A stretch of DNA of 60,303 bases, the filler included, from Sphacelaria rigidula (Eukaryota): the NCBI GenBank assembly GCA_964200075.2. It is 10 parts of 10 records of this genome, joined end to end, with 100 filler letters (N's around TTAATTAATTAA, not from the genome) between each part and the next. Parts side by side here need not be neighbours in the genome. Positions count along the whole stretch, not along the records: positions 1 to 5,941 come from CAXNAA020023318.1; positions 6,042 to 11,982 come from CAXNAA020023319.1; 8 more parts are not named here. One strand, given 5' to 3'. A program made the position numbers and the translations under genes. The notes beneath the pieces are model-generated. The model ran no database searches, was not told where the DNA came from, and was given only the letters and a program-made list of their open reading frames with translations. Of the stretch, positions 1-11,499 are shown one piece after another (the stretch's first letter is position 1; each line of letters starts with the position of its first letter).

Positions 1-373
1 AAGCCGCCCCAACTATTTCTGGCAACAGTAAGCCCACGGAAGCGCTTCCGAGCGAAACTAAATCCGAAAAGTGGACACAATCCCGGGGAGCGGTTGATTC
101 TCATTTCAAAGTACGTTCTCATTTTCCTGGCAACACTGTTATATACATATATATATGGTTCATACAACTTTCTCGTTCATCCATTCGATGTCTGGCTTGT
201 ATGTTAGCAACTTGCATAGTCTCCGCGGTAAACAGACGAGTCGTTCATTACGAGCCAACAACATTTTTACCAGATTATTCCCAGTATAAATGTCGGCAAA
301 GGAATGTGTAGGGTGTGGAACCCCTGGACTCTCAAGACCGGAAGAATGTAGCCCTGCCCCCGGGACGGTCATA

Positions 374-478
374 GCGTGCACAGGTAGACGGTCATCTTCG
401 AATTGGTTGTCAGAGCGTGCACAAGTAGACGGCCATCTTCGAATTGATTGTCGGCGCGTGCACGAGTATAGACGGTCA
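374..478. repeat. Tandem repeat, ~41-bp unit, ~2.5 copies
   Basis: gcgtgcacaRgtagacggYcatcttcgaattgRttgtc at 374 and 415, partial copy at 456; no unique spacers. Confidence 0.8.
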
Positions 479-774
479 ACGGGAACTGACGGAGCATCCG
501 TCGGGTGGCCTCATGCAAACACATTAGCATGCAGCTTCACTCATAGCTACTCAATCGTTGTGGATCAGGGTTGATGATCACATTCATGAGTAGCTACACA
601 GAAATTGGCAGGCGGGCACCAACAATAATTGTTGAGGAGCACTGTTGCATGCTTCATGCAGTCCTGTGACCCACCGCTGCGGGTAATATTAATCAAATAA
701 TAAATAATGGTATGTTCAACAGTGCACCTGGAAACAAACATCCACATATTCACAGTCGAATTGTAGGCTAGCAT

Positions 775-1485
775 TGCATGGTTGGGTTTGATCTCTTAGA
801 AGTGAAACAACTTCACATGACTCTCCATTTGGTTTGAGCATGCATGGCTCGCATAATCTTTTTGAAGATATCTACCAAGGGCGCAAACGATCAAACAGGG
901 GTAGCCACGTAGAGGTTACATCCATTTTCCATGACAATATAGCATTTCGAGCATTAATGATTTGCCCCCCCTGACCAGGGGGTAGGGTGGATACCTAATT
1001 TTTCGTTAATTCCAGCCTCGCAATTTAGGTTCACGGCTAATCGGTACCGTGCCTGGTGGCATGTATGCAGACAGTATGACATTGCGGTTAGACATACAGA
1101 TTTCCGTGCATTAGCGGGCGGCAGCGTAACAATGTCATTCTCTATCAGTTGCATACACGGTCATGTACGAGGTGCGGTTATTAGGTGCACACGGAAACAA
1201 TCACCCATGTATTGAAAGTCGTGAAGTAAAGTCAAAGCGCATGATTGGGTCTGATTTCTTCAAAATCGGAGTGGATATCACATAGCCCCGAAGTTCTCAA
1301 GCATATATGACTCGCCCATACCCTTTGGAGCTATCCACCAAGGGCAAAACTATCAATCAGGGGGAACCACGTTGAAGTGACATTCAATTTCCATGACAAT
1401 AACACACATTTCACGCATCAATGATCTGCTCCCCCCTACCCCATGTTGATTCAAGCTTCGCAATTTCCGTTCACGACGGATCGGC
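775..1485 (-). repeat. Diverged direct duplication (~775-1045 vs ~1237-1485), possibly a decayed coding repeat
   Basis: Shared blocks accaagggc, tttccatgacaata, ctcgcaattt/ttcgcaattt. Minus-strand readings SWKMDVTSTWLPLFD and SWKLNVTSTWFPLID. Confidence 0.6.
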
Positions 1486-1609
1486 TCACATTGTATCGTT
1501 GTGATAAAGAGCAAGTGGCAGTATACTGCAAGGACACAGCTTGCAACCCAAGGCACAAGCTTGGCAGGCAAGTGTACAACCGTCAGGCTGTTACAACTTG
1601 TAGATGCCG

Positions 1610-2127
1610 TGTAACCTACTCAGTATCCAAATATCAGCCGAGGTTCACGCAATAGGTTCTCGACTTCTCTCTTAATTATCTTGATTCTAACTCCGATACC
1701 CACCCAATCAATCCAACCCAGACCAGCCAATATCTCTCGCCGATGGTTGGACTTCCTTTTGCTGGCTAGCAGAGGGGAGCAGTTGATGGTGCTCATGAGG
1801 GGGGGTTTGTTCGTGGCTACAGCGAACAAAGCCCATATCATCCCTGTGATTATACAGGTTCACATTCGTATCCGACCAACTCTGAACAGACCTGTAGTCT
1901 CCGGAAAAAAAGCACGCCATGGCTAGAATCGACAACGGGTCTGAAGCGGCATCAACAGACTAACATGCGTCTTCATGACACTAACCCACCCAAACGACCC
2001 TTTATTACAGCTGCGAGGATTTATCCTCAAAGCAGCGAAAACTAAGGTTTTTCTTCACTCGTAAAGTCATGAGCGACTAGAGCATGCCTAAAGGAACATC
2101 CCCGTACCAGGCATTCCCGTACCAACA
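1610..2127 (-). repeat. Candidate 3' LTR of the contig-1 Gypsy element
   Basis: Minus strand begins TGTTGGTAC a few nt after purine-rich GAGGTGTGGGAGTAGGG and ends GGTTACA. No second LTR is present to confirm the ends. Confidence 0.4.
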
Positions 2128-2300
2128 ATTCTGTACCCTACTCCCACACCTCAAAAGAAGGGAAGCATAGACTGCTGCGAGAAGCAGAAAGAAAAACTGC
2201 TCCGAAACGCGGAAGCACAAACTGTTTCGGCGTGCTAGCGATTAACGAAGAAGCACAAGTTACTTGGGCGTCGTAGCAAAAATCAAGGGGAAAAACAGGG

Positions 2301-2428
2301 AGGTACAACAGGGAGCAGAGCTTCAACCTGGGGTAATCCCAAAGGTACAACAGGGAGCAGAGCTTCAACCTGGGAGAATCCAAAGGTACAACAGGGAGCA
2401 GAGCTTCAACCTGGGGGGATCCAAAGGT
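2301..2428. repeat. Tandem repeat, 41-42-bp unit, 3 copies, in the Gypsy 3' non-coding region
   Basis: aggtacaacagggagcagagcttcaacctggg at 2301, 2343 and 2384. Confidence 0.9.
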
Positions 2429-2671
2429 GCTAAAAACTGCAAGACCAAAAATCTGAAAATCGGTGATCCAACGAGATCGAGCGCCAGATGGAGGGGATAC
2501 TATGGCTCCAGTAGTCGTAGGTAGCGGTCGTGTCAGCAGTTCTTGATCGTTGTCCGATGTGGTCGCGCTATTGTGGTGTAGTAGAAGAGGGTCCTGGTGG
2601 AGAACGGGGGGGCACACAATGCTTACGGGAAAAATGGGGGTGGGTCAACAGTCGCGACAAAGAAGCGTGAT

Positions 2672-4763
2672 TCAAAGCGAGGCGTGGACGTCGTGGGTGT
2701 GGTCGATGTTGCGCTGGAGACCGCGGCGAAGTCCTTTGGACTTGAGGCGCTGGAGACACCAGGATCCGCGGGGTGCAGATGGCCTGGTGGTGTAAAGTGC
2801 TGGCCGAAGCTTGAGCTGTATGGGTCCAGGATCATCGATGAAGCGCACGATATATGTGTCGGCCGACACCAGGTTAGCGGAGTGGGTCTGATCCAACCAC
2901 CAAAGGCTGTCGCTGCCTTTGAACCAAAGGGTAGCTGCCCTTGGACAGGAGTTGCTGGTTCGCAAAGAGCTTCGTCTTACAAGTCTTGGAGGGTACAAGT
3001 TCGTAACCATCGGCGACAAAGCGTAGTCCCTGGTTGCGGTGAAGTTCGCGGGCTGCTGCGCCACGGCGCATGTTGCGATATTTCTTGTTGTGAGCAAGAT
3101 GCTGATGTTGGGATTGCGTCCAGTAAAGGAGAATTGCACGACGGTGCAATTGCAGGTCGGATTCGCGTTCCCAAGACGCTCTCCGAAGACCGTGCCAGTG
3201 TGTCTTATACATGACAGCGATCTTGCCTCCTCGACCACGGGTTATCTGGTGGCCGGAAATGGAGGACACAGCCAACCGAAGGGGCTGTTCCGTCACGTCG
3301 TCGGCTGTAACGTGGTAGGGCGGGGACTTAGTCGAGTAGCTGTTGAGAACGTACTGTGTGAGTCCGGCCGGCAGGTACTTGGGCATGTCGCTTGTATCAT
3401 GCGGGTTCGTGCAGGGTTTGCATCTGTGTACGGAGACGCGGGGCTTGGTGTCTTTGCCCTGGAAGTCGTGAGGCAAGTCGAGATAGAGCAGTTTGTCACC
3501 AACGGGTTTTCTATCCGGTAATGATGACGATGGTCCGACTGTCGGGATCTTGAATGGTCCTGTCGAATTGAGGGACAATTTTGTCTTCAAAATTGTTTCG
3601 TTGGCTACCTTGCTGGTGCCTTGGCGGATGGTCGACAATCTGTTGTTGATCCAAACCCAATCACCAACTTTCCAGTTAGGGCGTTTGTGCATGAGGTTGT
3701 AGAGAGCAGTGTTAGATCTCTCCAGGCACGAGGCATTGATAGTGTGTTGTTCGCGCACGAGGGTGAACGCTTTGCGTTGTCGTGCATGTGCGAGCTCGTT
3801 GTAGGATATCTGATCCTGATCCAATCCTTGGTGACCGTCGAGCGTGTGTCGCTCGAACACGGTGATAGGCAGCCGAGGGTAGCGTCCAAGATGGAGTTCG
3901 TTCGGAGAAAGGACTGTGGCGGCATTAACCGAGTTGTTGTAGGACAACATGATGTGCGCGAGATGTAGGTCCCAGTCATTTTGGCGGTCATTGACAACCA
4001 TAGAGAGCATCTGGGCCATAGTGTGATTAACTCTTTCGGTACCACCGTTACCGTTTGGGTGGTAGGCGCTCGTGGCAATTTTGCGGATGCCCAGGAGCTT
4101 GTAAGGCTCATCCGAGAGGTCTGACCAAAATTGCTGACTATTGTCTGAAAGTAGTCGCTTCGGGCAGCCGTAGTGCTTAATATAATCATGGACCAGTATG
4201 TCGGCCGTTCCGGCGGCAGTGAAATCTGCGGCGGTTACCGCGTACATGGACGCGTGGTGGCTGAAGCGGTCAGTGAAGAGGAAGATATAGGTATTGCCGC
4301 GACCTGTGGTCGGGAGAGGGCTAAAGTAGTCAAATGACACAAGGTGGCCGGGCTCGTCGGGGAGTCCCATAGAGATCACGGGCCAGCGTACTGTCTGTCG
4401 TGAAGTTTTTCGGGCTTGGCATTTAAAGCATCGCCGAATCCAAAATCGGGTGGAAACTTCCACGCCAACCCACCAATAGAAGCGTTCCAAGAGCGCGAGG
4501 GAGCGGGTGACACCAAGGTGGCATGACAAGCCTGTATGGCAGCCTTTCATGACCCAGGGGCGCATTAATAATGGCACATATATGCGCGTTGGTTCGTCAT
4601 TGAGTAGTCGAGCGGTGCGTCCCGTAGTTGAGGCGGCAATTGCGCCTGCCAAGGGCGTGGGCCGACGTACGGGTAGTTGCACGCCTTCATCCGTAGTAAA
4701 AAGGGTGCCTTTACGCACGAGCTCGTATACGTCAGAAATAACTGGCGGTGGCAGTGTTCCCAC
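2672..4763 (-). pseudogene. Gypsy integrase: HHCC, DDE core, chromodomain, frameshifted C-terminal extension
   Basis: HHCC (CHTGLSCHLG...CFKC). D,D,E in SFDYF, SDNSQQF and GGTERVN. Chromodomain AVSSISGHQ...YKTHWHGLRRASWERESDL at ~3118-3275. Reading continues in ORF 2672..3238 after a 1-nt shift near 2930. Confidence 0.9.
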
Positions 4764-5941
4764 CGGGGCCAGAAGTGTGGACGGAAAAGGGACTGGACAG
4801 TCAAGCTATAAGTACCAGATGGCTGCGCGACATAGCGGTTCTGCGTTTTGTTCACGAGCCCAATCACGGTGGGAGTAGCTGGCGAGAAACTCGCGTAGTT
4901 GGCCTTCCGCTGGCGAGCCGACCAAACATAGTAGGGCAGGCGGCGGGGGAATAGGCGACGGGGCAGAAATGCCGACGTCAATCTCTGTTCCGGGAGCTGG
5001 AGACGAGTCGTCAGTTCCGTGCTCGGGGGCAGGAGATGTTTGCGGCGCCATTATAGGCGGCGGGGTATCAGTGCGCGGCGAAAACCTTTCGCAGCGCGTG
5101 GCGCACGGTGCAGAAGTTTTTGCGGAGCTTTGCGTGTTGGTCCGTGGAACTTGTGCTGGGTGGCTCATAGAGGTTGAAGGTGTTGTTGGTGGCGGCGGGG
5201 CACTCGGTGTGGTGCGGGCGGCGGACCGGGAGCGCGTGTTGTCGGAGTTAAGGTGGGTGACTGGAGGTGTCACAGCGAAGAGTTTGGCGCGAGTACCGAA
5301 AGTGCGAAAATCGACAAAATCGGGGGTAGTGGGCTTTAACCCACCCAAGACGGCGTCTCATGGTAGAGGGCGAGGTCCTCCCATATGCATACCTGTTTCC
5401 GGGTACTGGAGGTCGAGGGCGTAAACGGGCGTTGAAAAACGTCGGATCGCGTAAATTCCGGGTTCATCGGGTTCCGTTAAACGGCAAGCCGGGCTGGAAT
5501 CTGCGGCCGTAGGCGGCAAAGGCAGGCAGGAAAGAAGATCCGCGTTCTCGTTGGTTTTGCCTGGACGGTGCTTAATGGTATACTGGTATGCTGTTAGAAA
5601 TTCCAACCATCGTTGTACACGAGGGTTGTGTTCACCAAACTTGGCGAGTTGTTTAAGTGCTCCGTGATCCGTATAGATCTCGAAGGGCATGGGAAACAGA
5701 TATTGTCGAAGGCGCTTAATGGCCCAAGTGATTACTCCGCCTTCTAGTTCCAGCGGGCTCCAATCAATTGGCCTCGTTTGGCAGGGTAGCGCGGCTGATA
5801 CAAAAGATGGGTCGGACAGAGCCATCAACCTGAGGTTGATTCAAAACTCCTCCAAAACCATTTGTGCTGGACACTTTCTACGATACCCCCCCCCCCAAAA
5901 CCAGCTAAAAGTGTCACGAAAAAAATGGCCATACAGCGCCT

Positions 5942-6041
5942 NNNNNNNNNNNNNNNNNNNNNNNNNNNNNNNNNNNNNNNNNNNNTTAATTAATTAANNN
6001 NNNNNNNNNNNNNNNNNNNNNNNNNNNNNNNNNNNNNNNNN
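5942..6041. other. Artificial contig linker N44-TTAATTAATTAA-N44 (first of nine)
   Basis: Identical linkers at 5942, 11983, 18024, 24065, 30105, 36145, 42185, 48225 and 54265. The 12-mer places stops in all six frames. Confidence 0.98.
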
Positions 6042-6236
6042 CGGATTGGGTCAGCACTCCCGCACCGCGTCAACTCACGTCACACAAATCCAGTCGACTA
6101 CTTTGTTTACTTACGTTATCACTCTTTTCAAGGTGGAAATCATATATTACGAACAAATACCCAACGCATCGGGAATCGAACCCGTTCTCTCCATCCTAAT
6201 GGCGACAGTCAGGCCATTACACCACCGGGGCACGGC
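6042..6236 (-). mobile_element. tRNA-derived SINE family A (5' part)
   Basis: Head GCCCCGGTGGTGTAATGG (A box) ... GGGTTCGATTCCC (B box) with no closing acceptor stem. Homologous copy at 23892-24064 (+); downstream part at ~16450-16575. Confidence 0.75.
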
Positions 6237-6492
6237 ATAGGATTGTCGAAACTTACTGCAGATAAACAGGCAAACTTCGGTGGCTGTACCTGGTGTTGAA
6301 CCCACCAGTTTTTATCTCGGGTTTACTTTTTACATGCAAGACATTTCTGGTTCACGCATCGACCCGAGGAACTCGTCGTGAAATCGACCCTTCGGCAGAT
6401 TCTCCTGCCGAAACGGGGTGGGATGACCATGAGGAGGAGTCTCCGTCGAAAATGATTCGGACACAGGCGAACACCACCGGCAGCAATTTATA

Positions 6493-6850
6493 GCTGGTCG
6501 CCCCGGTGGCTCGAAATCTTCTGACGGTTGGGTCGCGGATTCAAATCTCGGTGCTGTCAGTCACACGATCTGGGATTTTTCTCGCACATATGCCTAACAG
6601 TGGAGAGCGACAATGTCGTGGGTACACAAAATTCGACTTCACAGTCGAAGAGGGAAAGGGATCGCCGAACCCCTCTCGCGATAAAAAAAGGGCAAGCACC
6701 GCAGAAGGAAGGTGGGGAACTAAAACAAATAAAATAAAATAAACTTCTGTGTTGGCCTTCCCCCTATGTGACCCCGGCTGGTGCGCCCGCATATGCCGAA
6801 AGCTGTAGACTGGCGCCCTGGATAGATGGGGTGACCACACACACTCACAC
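6493..6850 (+). mobile_element. tRNA-derived SINE family B with CA-rich tail
   Basis: gccccggtggctc head (internal deletion here), cagtcacacgatctgggattttt body, gtagactggcg 3' motif, cacacacac tail. Copies at 28838-29196 (-) and 48801-49164 (+). Confidence 0.8.
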
Positions 6851-6952
6851 ATGATCACAACGATAACGACAACAATGATAACGACAGTAACCCTGCTACA
6901 ACTACTACTACCACAACAACAACACACCAACGCAAACAACACAGGAACATAC

Positions 6953-9919
6953 GTTGAACATGACAGCCGGGGCATGGGGGTTTCTCTTGGCCGACTCCCT
7001 GAACATGTCGTGAAGGCAGATGGTGTCCGGGTAGTACTGAGTGGCAGAGTTCCACTTCTCGACGAGCAGTACGGACTCATCTCGGCTCTTTTGCGCATCA
7101 TCGGCGAGGACACGATCGATCGCCTGTTATTTTTTCGTGTTCATTTGGAGATCACAAGAAAAATAGCAGGGGTTGACAGAAGAAAGCAGGCAGGAGGACG
7201 GACTGTGGTCACATAGTAGCAGCGAACGGGTTGGATAACTAAAAGACAAGTCGGCTGCATACTATGTATTACACGCATCCAAAACTCACAGTTTGATTCC
7301 AGCTTCGCTTGGATACGAGCAGTTCATCACATACTAGGCGGGCGAGATTCTCAGCGAAGCCCGATGGACATTGACACTACTTCCAGCAGGTTACCTGGGA
7401 ATTCCGTTTCGGCAATCTGGGACGGTAACTGAGTGGTATTTCATCATGCTCCTGAAAAACGTACTTTCAAAAAACGCAGTTTGGCCGCAGTTCTTCACCA
7501 CACCAGGAAATCTAACTCAAACGTGACCTCATGAGAGTCCTGTGGTAGCTTGTTAACCCTTCGACCGCGAGGGTAGGTCACCTGCTGAAATAGCATCAAC
7601 TTTCACTTGAAAAACGTATGCATGATCCAGATGGACTACTCGCCGCCATCTAAGGGTTAACCCTTCGACTGCATTGCGCGCAGTGCATTTGCATATTATG
7701 CACACTTTTTCAACTGAAATGGATGCCAATTCAGCAGGTGACCTAACCTCGCGGTCAAAGGGTCAGGGTTCTCTTTTTGCGGGGCTGATATGCAAAGAAA
7801 TGTATTGAAAAGGCGTGTAATCCGTTTCTTCTTTTTTTCGGTCGGCGGATGGTGTACCCGCGAGCAAACAGTTTATTTGTTCCGTCTTGTATCAAGCACC
7901 TTGAGAATCCCGGAGTTTGTCTCGCCGTCCGAGGATGCCTGGAATGGCATGGCGTCGACGCTTACGTTGCCCAGTCCATTCCACTTTTCGACTTCGACTG
8001 GAGTGGGAAACAGATAGAAAGAATAATAATGAGGGGGGGGGGGACGAGAGCCATGCCACCGTAGGATTCATTGGTGTGATGGAGAATGACACATTTCATT
8101 TGGCGCGTTCTCGTGGAGGTAAACCGTCAAGTTGCCGACATTGATGTTGCTGTTTCTCACACTAGCCCTTTCCCAGGAATCGGAAGCACTCGCGGTCACA
8201 AACCACAGTACAAAAAGACAGAATACAAGGAAAACGTGAATAATGCGGTAAGCCCACGAACAGCAAACAACGGCGCAGCCAAGGGCGGGGCTCTAGAAAC
8301 ATGTCAGGCGAAAATGTCGATTGCTGAATACCAACCGATATCAAGACTGGGATGCGTACTCGGTTCTGCCTCAGGCCAGGTCTCCAAGTGCCTCGGCAAG
8401 GTCTCCGAGTGTCTCGGCAAATATCTCGTCGAAAGCTGCCCTCGCCCCCGTGCCGGCACCGCGCCATGGATCAGGAGGAATCCACCAACCGTACAGTGGC
8501 AAACAGTGCTCATTCATGTTGGCGTGTTCACTATGGCACGTGGTGACTACGTGCGATCATGTTATGGTGTTGAAAAACGGCATACACGTGTGCTCAGTGT
8601 GTACTAACATTTACCCTGCCGTGTTTCAGGGCCGTTAGTAGTTTCTAGCCTGGCGTACCTGTATATAACACCCTGTCCTAATTGTTCCACCTCTTCGCGT
8701 TCCTTCTCGGCCCAGTTCTCGACTTTTCTCCTGGGAGTGTTTCCGTTTCAATAACTCTGGGTACATCTATCTAGTGACCACAGCTGGACTTGTAGGGAAT
8801 CGGCTATCGCACAATAGTCAATCCCAACAGTCCACCCATCGATCCAATAACAGGAACGCGCTTCGCACCTCAACACAAACTCGTCAATCATTAAGATGAC
8901 GTGGACGCACAAGACAGCACTGAAACACACACACACAAAACCACACAGGCGGAAGTAGACACGATAGATGCGCAAAACACGATGGCACCACTGCAGGTAA
9001 ACAAATACCAAGGACGGTATGACGGTTTGACACACGGATATGCAGAAGTCGTTACTATCGCCCCCGAGCTCATCATCCCATCAAAATATTAACCCTTTTC
9101 CAAGTTGGAAAGACCACGGTGAAATTTCCGGACGAATCAGTGCCATTGATTGATTGATTGATTGATTATCTCACATTAGCTAATTGCAACAATCCAGCCC
9201 GTAGTCAGGAGCAGCAAAAATAGAACAGAAGAATAAAAAAATACAAGAAGAAGAGAAACGAACAGAAAAACGACAGAAGCAACGGCCAAGCAACGGCCTC
9301 AGAAAGAAAAGAAGGGAAGCAGCGATAATAACAAAAACCACGACCACCACCACCACCACCAACACCAACACCAACAAACAACAACAACAGTGACAACGAA
9401 TATTTCATCGTCACCATCACGGCATATTGCGGTGAAAAGTGAAGTTACTGCTGTTCGTGTTTTCAACTGATATATCACAAGAGTACATATACACAGCGTA
9501 CCGTCATGGGCAGAGTCATCCTCCAGCCTGAGAAAGGACACCGGGCACGTGAGGGGGGAACCGGCGCTCGTCTTCGTTTCCACGAACACTTGCAGCCCAT
9601 CTAGGAGGGCGAGTGCATCGCGCTCCGCCTCGGTCATGTTCGCTTTGTCGGCGGCGAGACCCTGTGGCACACGCACGACAAAAGCATGTGGCAATAAAAC
9701 ACAAGTGAACAAAAGCCACACCAGACATCAAGAGTGAGAAACATCGGTAGGAAAAAGACAAGAGACGCGCGATAAGAAGGCGCATTACGTGGATTGGTGA
9801 AAAATCTTACACTGCCCAGCCCAGAAGCAAACTTCTTGGGAATCACCCTACTCGTTGCAGGGACTGCCTCCACGCCGAAGCCTGGCCCTTGCAACTCCGT
9901 GCACCCCGCGACAAACACA
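6953..9919 (-). CDS. NRPS-like gene, internal exons: thioesterase-like domain followed by the start of an adenylation domain
   Basis: Four AG/GT-bounded, phase-compatible exons: 9919-9811, 9661-9502, 7997-7900, 7123-6953. Spliced peptide VFVAGC...PLTCPVSFLRLEDDSAHDVEVEKW...LLVEKWNSATQYYPDTICLHDMFRESAKRNPHAPAVMFN. The first part resembles type II thioesterase motifs; the last resembles the NRPS A-domain N-terminus. Confidence 0.8.
7553..7766. mobile_element. Two tandem piggyBac-like MITEs sharing a TTAA, inside an intron
   Basis: TTAA-CCCTTCGACCGCGAG...AAGGG-TTAA-CCCTTCGAC...CTCGCGGTCAAAGGG. Confidence 0.75.
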
Positions 9920-10632
9920 CTGTACTTGCGTTCCATACATTATTTCACGGTCAGGACGAATCAGAGTTCATACGAGACTCCCCATGAATTGACAGGATTC
10001 TACCTGTATAAATTATTGGTCCCGCTGAGTCGAGGGTGGATAACACAAATGCAATGCAGGGATCTTGCGCGCATTACAGCTGAGAGAAAAGTACGCGTGA
10101 TTCATGGCCCATGAAATGACAGGATTCAACCTCATGAAATTGTTGGTCCCGAATTAACCCGAAGGTGGGAAAAATTCACGAGCGCTTACCTCGAACGACT
10201 AGGTCAAGCAAGTTGTACATGCCGTTCCCACCTCATGATGGTGAGAAATGCACAGCATGTACAATCGGTTCACTCAAATTGCAGTACAGGGGATGAATAT
10301 GTGCTCATGATATACCCCGTATTCAAGGAAGGTCGGAAGCAGGAACTATTGACATGTACGGCACGACTCACGAGCTGAAAAGCTGTAAAAATTACACATG
10401 GTGTACGAATAGTATGATTTATTTGTTGGAATGATGAATATGAGTTGAATCACGATTTGATTTGTCCTACCCGTGCATTATTTAGGGCCACCTACTGCGC
10501 AACGGAGCGCCGAAGCTCGTGGGAGTGGGGCGGCGCGTGCACTACGCCAAGTTGACGGAGGGTTTAGTGGGTTGGACCCCCACACTGCCTTGAGCAAAGC
10601 TGTCACACTCTCAACAATCGATTACATTGTCG

Positions 10633-10712
10633 AAAAGTGTGCTGCGTACAGTATCGAGTACTGCGTCTATTGAAACAGCGGCAGTGGTCGATACTGTACG
10701 CAGTACACTTTT
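10633..10712. repeat. Hairpin / mini inverted repeat, ~32-bp arms
   Basis: aaaagtgtgctgcgtacagtatcgagtactgc pairs with gcagtggtcgatactgtacgcagtacactttt. Confidence 0.75.
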
Positions 10713-11030
10713 TTACAGGGTAATTCCTTGTCCAGGGCGTAGAGCCGTTCGAACGCCCGAGGTGCTTACCCCATGTGACTGACACACAGTGCTCTAGCCG
10801 AGCCTCCGAGTAATCGGCACATAAGCCCGTTCGCGGGGTCAGTGTTGGGATGAGGTTTCCTCCTTCCTCCAAGAAAAAAAAGAGAAGAAAAACGTGGGTT
10901 CGGTCACGGCGTGATAAATAGCGAACCAACCACGCGACGCGCACCGCGGTGAACAGGATAACTTCTCAGTAACGACATGATGTAACCATGACACGTATGT
11001 CACAACAGCACATGCAACTACAGTGGAGAA

Positions 11031-11340
11031 GGGTGTACTCATAATGCTAGCCGTAGTCACGTGACCATTGACCTCGCATCTCCACAAAGCCCGGTCGGAG
11101 CACGCCGGGCTTTTGTCATACCAGGCTCGCACTCAAAGACCAAGCGCAAAGCGCCGCAATGTGTCGGCGAGTCGCACGAAGGGTGGGCTGCGTCCTGCTA
11201 AGATTGCTCGGCCCGAAGCGTACCGATTATCTTGCATCTGGATGACAACCTTCATTGAGTTGCTTCATTTGCTGGTATCGCCACTAGCAGAGACAGCCAC
11301 GGCTTATACACTGCCTCAGTGGTGTCTCACCACTGGTGAG
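11031..11340 (+). mobile_element. High-copy interspersed repeat family C (GGGGTGTACTCATGATC head)
   Basis: gaccattgacctcgcatc...cggagcacgccggg motif also at ~15975, 36245 (-), 42112, 52600, 53865 (-); head also at 56322 (-). Confidence 0.75.
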
Positions 11341-11499
11341 AAAAGGGGGGACGCGGGGGAGTAGGTCCTAATGTAGCACGGTCAACAGTGCGGTAAAAAT
11401 GTCTGACGGTAATATGTACAAAAAAAACTACCCCTTTCAGAGCACGCGAGGTCCCGATGTAGTGCTGTCAAAATGCAGTGTTATACAATCTAGAGGTTT

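Larger units (their letters stand above)
1610..5830 (-). mobile_element. Ty3/Gypsy LTR retrotransposon with chromodomain; 5'-truncated and frameshifted
   Basis: RNase H (5358-5828: ELEGGVITWAIKRLRQYL, YTDH, HRPGKTNENAD), Pro-rich linker, integrase (2874-4763), PPT-like tract at ~2135-2153, candidate 3' LTR at 1610-2127. Confidence 0.9.

Noticed and set aside
2301..2428. CRISPR-like repeat (also 374-478)
   Set aside because: Head-to-tail units without unique spacers, no cas genes, eukaryotic context.
2597..5424. Plus-strand ORFs over the Gypsy element (also 24745-26375)
   Set aside because: Antisense shadows of pol.
5986..5997. TTAATTAATTAA recurring every ~6040 bp
   Set aside because: Synthetic linker inside N-runs.
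6165..6236. Possible tRNA gene (also the heads at 23892, 29196, 48801)
   Set aside because: A/B boxes are present but no acceptor stem closes, and each runs into a shared SINE body.
6255..6292. Possible next exon of the NRPS-like gene
   Set aside because: AG/GT are present but the peptide lacks the expected A1 motif (LTYxEL); the next exon is probably off-contig.
6851..7216. 121-aa plus-strand ORF
   Set aside because: Antisense of the real minus-strand exon 7123-6953 plus microsatellite sequence.
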